Assembly (NCBI GenBank): GCA_030704615.1
Contig: CM060733.1
Location: forward strand, 73,904,001 to 73,968,000
DNA: 64,000 nucleotides
From: Takakia lepidozioides
Lineage: Eukaryota > Plantae > Bryophyta
Reading direction: 5' to 3'
Numbering within the stretch: position 1 is the stretch's first letter; the number at the start of each line of letters is the position of its first letter. Positions 57,971-64,000 of the stretch are shown here, in pieces. The translations under genes and the position numbers were made by a program. The notes under the pieces are model-generated. The model made no database searches. It was not told the DNA's origin and was given only the letters and a program-made list of their open reading frames with translations.

Positions 57971-58224
57971 GTCCGACATGGCGTTACTCTGGTATATTCT
58001 TGACACATGACTCACATACCGGTTACTCTGCTATATTCATCCGGACAGACACATTGTAGAAATGAGACATCAAATTGTAAACAGTGGGCCAATTCCGACA
58101 GTTATTCAACACAATGAAACACAATCATACAGAAGTGAGGTACGATGGGTTTATTGATCGGACACGATGTCTCACATTTACCAACTGCAGACAAAACTAA
58201 GCCCTTCCTCCTTCTACATGGGCT

Positions 58225-58926
58225 TCACCAAGTCGACGGAACTTCGATACCCCTCAAAACAAGCTCATCACTGCTGCGGCACCTCGAGGTAAACTGCAAT
58301 TCGGTCGTTCTGCTGCCCTTGCTGGAGCCGACGACAATGTCATGTCCATCAATGATACCACCATCATACATTGACAAGGTCACTGTGGGCCTCATGTGCC
58401 CGTGCGATTCGTCTTCGCAACTCAGCCGAATGTCTCCATACACTGGAAGAGCGGAGTGATCTGCACGTATATAGTTTTCCCCGGTGCCGTCCTCCCTGGT
58501 CCACTGGCAGCAGTTCCAGCGCCAAAGCGAGGCCGTGCGTGATCTGTCCGGCATCCCTTTCCAGCTTGGTATATCGAGGTCAACAATTTTCAGGACCCAC
58601 GGACCGCATTGACCCTCGCCCTCACCTCGCTCAAAGCGGTAATAGCCCTCCAGATACTCCATTGCGCGCAAAGACTCTTGCTTGATTCCAGCAGCGTCTG
58701 TGAAAACAGAGAGCCAGACAATGATGTCTCCTGATTCTGGTTTGAACATAGCATAATCGTGGCCATGATAAGGGCAGTCGGCTGGATTTCGGCGGCACGG
58801 CATCCTTGAAAAAGAGTAGCGGAGTACGCTCAATGACAGCAGCTCCCGGATGGAGGAGGAGCAGCGCGGTGGCTGGAAAAAGTTCAAGCTAACGCTGCAA
58901 TTCCTCACAAACACTCCAGGGCACAT
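58225..58926 (-). CDS. Hypothetical protein, paralog of 59146-59916
   Basis: Shares RMPC.RN..DCP...DYAM, SGDI..W, EY..G.Y.FERG, PW.L.I.D.D.PS, RWNCC.WT, P.YGDIR, DGG.I.G.DIVV and ELVLR..EVP with the adjacent ORF; start uncertain. Confidence 0.75.
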   Translation of the reverse strand: MCPGVFVRNCSVSLNFFQPPRCSSSIRELLSLSVLRYSFSRMPCRRNPADCPYHGHDYAMFKPESGDIIVWLSVFTDAAGIKQESLRAMEYLEGYYRFERGEGEGQCGPWVLKIVDLDIPSWKGMPDRSRTASLWRWNCCQWTREDGTGENYIRADHSALPVYGDIRLSCEDESHGHMRPTVTLSMYDGGIIDGHDIVVGSSKGSRTTELQFTSRCRSSDELVLRGIEVPSTW

Positions 58927-59145
58927 TTAAATTTCCCCCCTACAGGATCCTGGACCGATGAAGATTGGCTGCTGCATGAATGTAGCCGTTTCAGTTTCCT
59001 ACCCTGCCATGCAAACTATGGGCAGTCACTGCCAGGTGGGCCGATAGCCACTGGACACGACGAAGTCCATCCCCTCTTCGATGTAAATGCGGCGCCGAAT
59101 TTCCATCCGGGGGATGGACTTCGGTGGCAGATCTCAAACTATAAC

Positions 59146-59916
59146 TTGTTGATGAGAAAGATGTATGGCTTCATCCACCGCTGGCGTGATGAACACGTTC
59201 CACCTCCGTCGGTGGGTACGTGTGACCCAGATGCTCCATTATTGGAGGCCGGACTGCTCTTCCGCTTCGTATCATTTCCAAAATCTAAGGGCTTCGTAGC
59301 TGTCCGCAAGGTCATCGGCATCCAAGTCGTCCTCAGGTCCTCCTTTGCAAGGATGCCGTGCTTCCGGAACCGGGACGACTGCCCCTTTGGAGGCATCGAT
59401 TATGCAATGTATTCGGCCACATCGGGAGACATTGTTATCTGGTACACAGATTACACAGAAGATACTGGTTCGATTGTGGAAACATTGGTGGCTTTTGAGT
59501 ATATCGTAGGCCACTACGCCTTCGAGCGGGGTGACGATCTTGGTCTGAGGAGTCCGTGGCTCCTGCGCATCCTCGATTCCGATTTTCCCAGCTACGACGG
59601 TCACCCATGCAGAAGAAGGCGCACTGCTATGCTGTTGCGGTGGAACTGCTGCCACTGGACGTGGGTGGACTCCATCGGAGAGACCTATTCTCCTCGAGGA
59701 GTGCGCTCCTCTTCTCCATTGTATGGGGACATTCGCATTGGTGTGGACGACGAAAACGTGAAGATTTCCATATTCGATGGTGGTATGATTGAAGGGCAGG
59801 ACATTGTGGTGAACATCACTAGGGGCGGTACAACGGCTGCAATCGACTTTACATGGAGGAGCCCCATGACTCATGAGCTAGTTCTGAGAGCAGTCGAAGT
59901 CCCATTGACAACGTGA
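59146..59916 (+). CDS. Hypothetical protein, paralog of 58225-58926
   Basis: Uninterrupted 256-codon ORF colinear with the divergently oriented neighbour; ATG candidates at 59152 and 59161. Confidence 0.75.
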   Translation: MLMRKMYGFIHRWRDEHVPPPSVGTCDPDAPLLEAGLLFRFVSFPKSKGFVAVRKVIGIQVVLRSSFARMPCFRNRDDCPFGGIDYAMYSATSGDIVIWYTDYTEDTGSIVETLVAFEYIVGHYAFERGDDLGLRSPWLLRILDSDFPSYDGHPCRRRRTAMLLRWNCCHWTWVDSIGETYSPRGVRSSSPLYGDIRIGVDDENVKISIFDGGMIEGQDIVVNITRGGTTAAIDFTWRSPMTHELVLRAVEVPLTT

Positions 59917-60249
59917 CTTGTATTCAGTAGGCACAGGGCTCAAGATTTGATGGCACAATCAGCACAGTAGACGTGCTTCAAATGCAATTCATGTGGATCA
60001 ATAAAAACCTCATTGTGCCCTCTTTTTATTCTATTCTGTGTCCATCGTTCCGAGAATGCGTCATTGCTCATTTCGTTTGGGATTGGGAGTGTGGGTGGAT
60101 TTTGCAAATGGCTGGTAGGCTGAAATGGGCCCCCATTGTACAGAGCAGTACCACCCTACCATTCGCGAAACATTGCCTTTCAATATATAATTCTAAATAA
60201 CATTGCCGAACCTCCTTCATCGGGAGGTCCTTCTCCCCCTATGACCGTG

Positions 60250-60378
60250 GCACCCTAAACCCTATTCCCGCGGACACTCATTTCCGGAAAATAGTGCTGC
60301 TCATGTTTTTTTCCACACTTACGACTCTGCTCATGGCTCATGCCGCTCATGGCTCATGGCTCATGAAATAGCAGCCCC
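60250..60378 (-). repeat. Element D terminus with CATGAGC subterminal repeats
   Basis: Plus strand GCTCATG repeated ~6 times then TCATGAAATAGCAGCCCC; reverse complement matches 8471-8575 and 61491-61550. Confidence 0.75.
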
Positions 60379-60380
60379 CC

Positions 60381-61490
60381 AAGATGTACACGAGTATTGT
60401 CAAAGAAGTGTGAGAATGTGCGCGCGGCTTTTACTCACCATCCATTTGTATTCGAGGCGTGGAAACTCCAAGATTGAAGAGTTGGAAACTCTCTAAGATA
60501 AGTACTTCAGGCCCGAGCGCAGAACAATCGTCATGACCTACAGCAGGGCAATCATGGGGGTGTTTATATGTGTTTCCCTTGGTTATTCAATGGTAACCTA
60601 TCTTACCTGATAATTAAGTGTATCAGTTTGCTTTATCCAATATATTGGATTCCACAACTCATCCATTTCATTCACAAGCTTCACTCAGATCTATCTACAC
60701 ACTGTGATTGTATCGTAAAAGTATCCGATTGATGATTTATTCAGTATCAGGCCGAAGCAATGTGTCTCTAATCTCCTATACAATATCATTACAGCCTTGC
60801 ATATATAAGCAATCTACTCATAATATCTCTATATTTCACTTACGTTCTTCATATTGCCCGATCCCCTCTCCTCTATCACCAAGAAGTCCTCCTCCGAATG
60901 ATTGTCCCTCAATTCCCCGGTTCTCCCTTTATCTCCTAGCCGCGGTTATAACCGTTTCCCTCACTAACCGTGTATGTGAACTAACATGTGCCCTTCGCAG
61001 GTGTGTTACCCACAGTAGTCCCTGTCCGACTCTTGTTCCCTATGCTAGTGACAGCTGTGTCAAGCTGTGACTGGCTGTGCGACTGTGTTGGATGTTGATG
61101 TGTAGGATTGTATATGCTTTGAGGATGTGACGAATCTGGAAGGGCTGGTATGGGATCTGTGTAGTTGTTTGTTGTGTTGTGGGGGTGTGACCCTGTGTGT
61201 TTGTTTCTGGTGTGACGACTGTGACGGCTAGTCGGGATGTGTCTGGCTGTGACGACTGTGACGGGCTGATTGTGTTGGCTGTGTTGGCTCTTGTGTGGTT
61301 GTGTGACGACTGTGACGGGCTGTGTAACCTGCTTCTACAGTGCGCTGCGGTCACCCATAAGGGCCTGTGACGTCTCAGTCTGTGCAAAAATTAAGGGTAC
61401 CATACAGAGTCCCGTATAAGTGTTCAAGTTCCCCGACAGTCCGCTAACTTACCCAGGCCCCCCCTCAAAAAAGCCGTGTCCTCACGGTTT
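60381..61490 (-). mobile_element. LTR remnant plus PPT region related to the large Ty3 family
   Basis: Colinear similarity with 30995-31950 (GGCTTTTACTCACC, CCAAGAT..GAGTTGGA, CTGTG repeats, CAAAAATTAAGGG, CCGTGTCC.CACGGTTT). Confidence 0.75.
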
Positions 61491-64000
61491 GAGGTTACTA
61501 TTTCATGAGCGCATGAGCCCATGAGCCTATGAGCCTATGAGCTCAATGAGCGGACATCGCGGAATTGGAATTTTCTGCCTTATTGACGGTGTTATGTCCT
61601 ATACCTCGGTAATAGGGTCTTTCTCCTGGTCCAGGATGCGGAATGAGGAATTCGGGCCGTTATTCCCAGAGCAGTGTGCTAAAAATGGTGTTTTGAAGAC
61701 ATCCACCGGGGTTATTTCGGCACCGAAATTACCTCTTAAAATGTGATATAGTGCGGTATTTAATTGGCGAGAACGGGCAATTTCGGCGCCGAAATACCCA
61801 AGTGGAATGTGGTGAAGTGCCTTGTGCTGAAGGCTTCCATCGCAATATTGGGTGCAGTAATTTTTTTTTGCATAATTCACCCGTGGAATTTTGAGCCCAA
61901 TAACGAAGGCGCAAACTGGGCTATTTCGGCGCCAAATTCCCAATAGAATGTTAGAAACGGCAGGGTTTTCATGGCTTCAAGTTCCCGGGGTCGATGGTGT
62001 GCATAAATTACTTGTAGGGTTCTTCACTGAAGTTTGCGGTCTCTTTGCTTTTATTATAGATTTTGCGTTGGCGGAAAGAAATGTAGGGAAGGACAAGCAG
62101 TCTGAACACAATGATTTTTCAAATCGTCAATATATTTCATAAGTGTTTCAGAACTGTACAACAAAAGGATCCAAATGAGACTTTGCTATGGTGAGGATCC
62201 GCTATCACTGTCCGATGCCTCCCCGCCCTCATGCAAGGATGGCTGCCTTCCACCTGCCTCGAACCTGCACTGCCGCTACCGCTGTTACTCTGAGAAGCCC
62301 TCCCCTCAAAAATACCATCCTCACCGCCGGAACTGTCCACCGGGGTGCGGAAGTCTCCTCGACATTCCCCCTGCTCTCGGACGCGGATTCTATTACGAAC
62401 TTCCCTACTCTTGCCTTTCACAATTCTATGTTGGCCTCACGCCTCATTATAATTCTCTGCTCATTCCCGTATGTCAAGGCTCTACCGAGTAGGCCTATCC
62501 TCCCTCCTGATGGCTTCTTGGCAGCAGTTGTCTGCAATAGGCTGGTGAGAAAAAGGGCTTCTGGGGACTCGCGAGAGAAACGATTTTCTGGCAAAGAATG
62601 GCCGATGCGATTCTGTTCCTCCTCTGCAACAGGGTCCGATTTGAGCAAGTCTCCCAGCTTCTCCTCGTCGGACGACTCTGCAAGGCTGAGTTACGCACAC
62701 AAACATAGAATGAAGTACATTAGAGAATAAACAGGGAATCATCGGCAGGTTGCATGGTCCTACAACCGAAACCAATACACTTACTATGGTGCAAACTCAC
62801 TCGAAGACAGGCATTGGGGGGGGGGAAGCGGCTTCGGGCGCCCCTGAATCGAACGAATTTTCCCGGACTTCCTCCTCTTCATCTTCCTCCTCTCCTTCCA
62901 CGTCCTATTCTGCGTTTTTTGGGATCCTCAGTCGGAGGCAGACGCTGAAGGCCCGCCAAATTGTAATCGTAAAAGGCCGTATCCCTCAAATGAGAACACA
63001 AATCGGTTCGACACATCCTTCCCGCCCACATACAGGCACCTGCGAATTCATACGACAACCACAACCAAAACTCAAGAATGAGTCGCTTCCTCGCACAAGC
63101 AAACAATACAGAAACGGAAATGGTGTCAATTTCAGTGCCGCATTCAATTAACGTTCTCACCTGTATTTGCAGTGACGTCAAGGACCCTGCCTTCAACATC
63201 CGTACACGTTTCCCATGAGCGTCTGGATGAATGCAGGACTCCTGGTCCTGCCATACCTCCATGGCTTGCCCGACAAATCACAAAGAATGTCCTTCTCTCC
63301 ACATGGTTGAACAGGACGTTATACTCCAGTGGATCAACTGTGGAATCAAAAGTCTTCCTGCTTCACGTAATTTGAATTCGAATGTTCCTTCACGAAGCAA
63401 AATGCCTGAAAGATAAGAGTCTGCAGAGAAGGAAATGAAAACGTCAGAGGTGGCCTACATGTAACAGGGGGCAATTTTGGCCAGAAATTGACATAGCAGA
63501 GGAGAACCACAGCATACCTTCTGGCCATCGTTGAGAAGACCCTGCGTGTTGATGCAAGTCCAGAGATCTTTTTCAGGAGGGTGCTGCACTTCTCCCCGTC
63601 CATACTTTGATATCATTCTCAGTGACTTCTCCATCGGCTGCTAGCCACAACAACACAGCCAACGTCGTCCAACATGTGGCTGCGAACCCGAATGTGTGGC
63701 TCCAGTATCGTTCGTCGTACTTGTTCCACCAGGGAACTGAGCCCAGCCCCAGTATCTCTGCCCATCCGGGATATCCACAAGGATAATGTCGATGGAGGCT
63801 TTCACCGCCCTGCCCCCGACTGTGCTCTTTTTGCCGTGGCTCATCGCCACAAAATACTCCATCATCTTTGTGTTAGCCAGGAGTGTCCTCCATATCATTG
63901 CCAGTGGCCTTCCTCTTCCCCTTCCCCTGGTGGGCCTCGATCGCCTTCCTCAAACTCGTTATCTCCAGCCTTCTTGGTCAGAGCAGTTAGGAAATTTTAT
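61491..64000. mobile_element. MULE-like element E (third subfamily), extends past the window end
   Basis: Terminus GAGGTTACTATTTCATGAGCGCATGAGCCCATGAGC at 61491; ATTTCGGCRCCGAAAT palindromes at ~61714, 61780 and 61923; 3' part of the MTase-like gene follows. Confidence 0.75.
62137..64000 (-). pseudogene. 3' part of ParB/MTase-like gene, copy E (frameshifted)
   Basis: SIDIILVDIPDG (~63765-63797), FQAFCFVKE, RYGRTRSPAFIQTLM.ETCTDVEGRVLDVTANTG|ACMWAG, GEDGIFE; intron positions as in copy D. Confidence 0.82.

Larger units (their letters stand above)
47789..60378. mobile_element. Large MULE-like element D: transposase (-, 3'-truncated), array, ParB/MTase-like gene (+), array, paralog pair, terminus
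   Basis: Same architecture as element C in the opposite orientation; terminus (minus strand) GGGGCTGCTATTTCATGAGC at 60378. Confidence 0.8.

Overview
Repeat-dense eukaryotic DNA with spliceosomal GT-AG introns and tRNA-iMet-primed Ty3/Gypsy elements. It is most consistent with a plant, probably a non-seed lineage (inference). No conventional host gene is evident; the window is a nest of transposons. The main observation is a family of large Mutator-like (MULE) DNA transposons present as four partial copies: A (1-3536), C (8471-~27981), D (~47789-60378) and E (61491-64000+). In C and D a GCM/WRKY-like Zn domain + DDE + SWIM transposase lies head-to-head with a second multi-exon gene (~1,400 aa in D). 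That gene joins a ParB/Sulfiredoxin-like domain (VWDGNHRL) to a bacterial-type beta-class N6-adenine/N4-cytosine DNA methyltransferase-like domain (DIPDG ... VLDLxCGTG...R...E). Non-coding parts of each element carry subfamily-specific palindromes: GGAAATTCGGCGCCGAATTTCC in C, GGAAATGCGGCGCCGCATTTCC in D and ATTTCGGCGCCGAAAT in E. In C and D these are mostly spaced at whole helical turns (32/53/63-65/74/85/95-96 bp). Copy D also carries a divergent pair of paralogous unknown ORFs. Other content: a full-length chromovirus (11668-18639, TSD TCTAG), a large non-chromo Ty3 element with long extra ORFs (~30990-43700), a CACTA end and duplicated LINE 3' fragments. All assignments come from motif recognition by eye; no database search was run.
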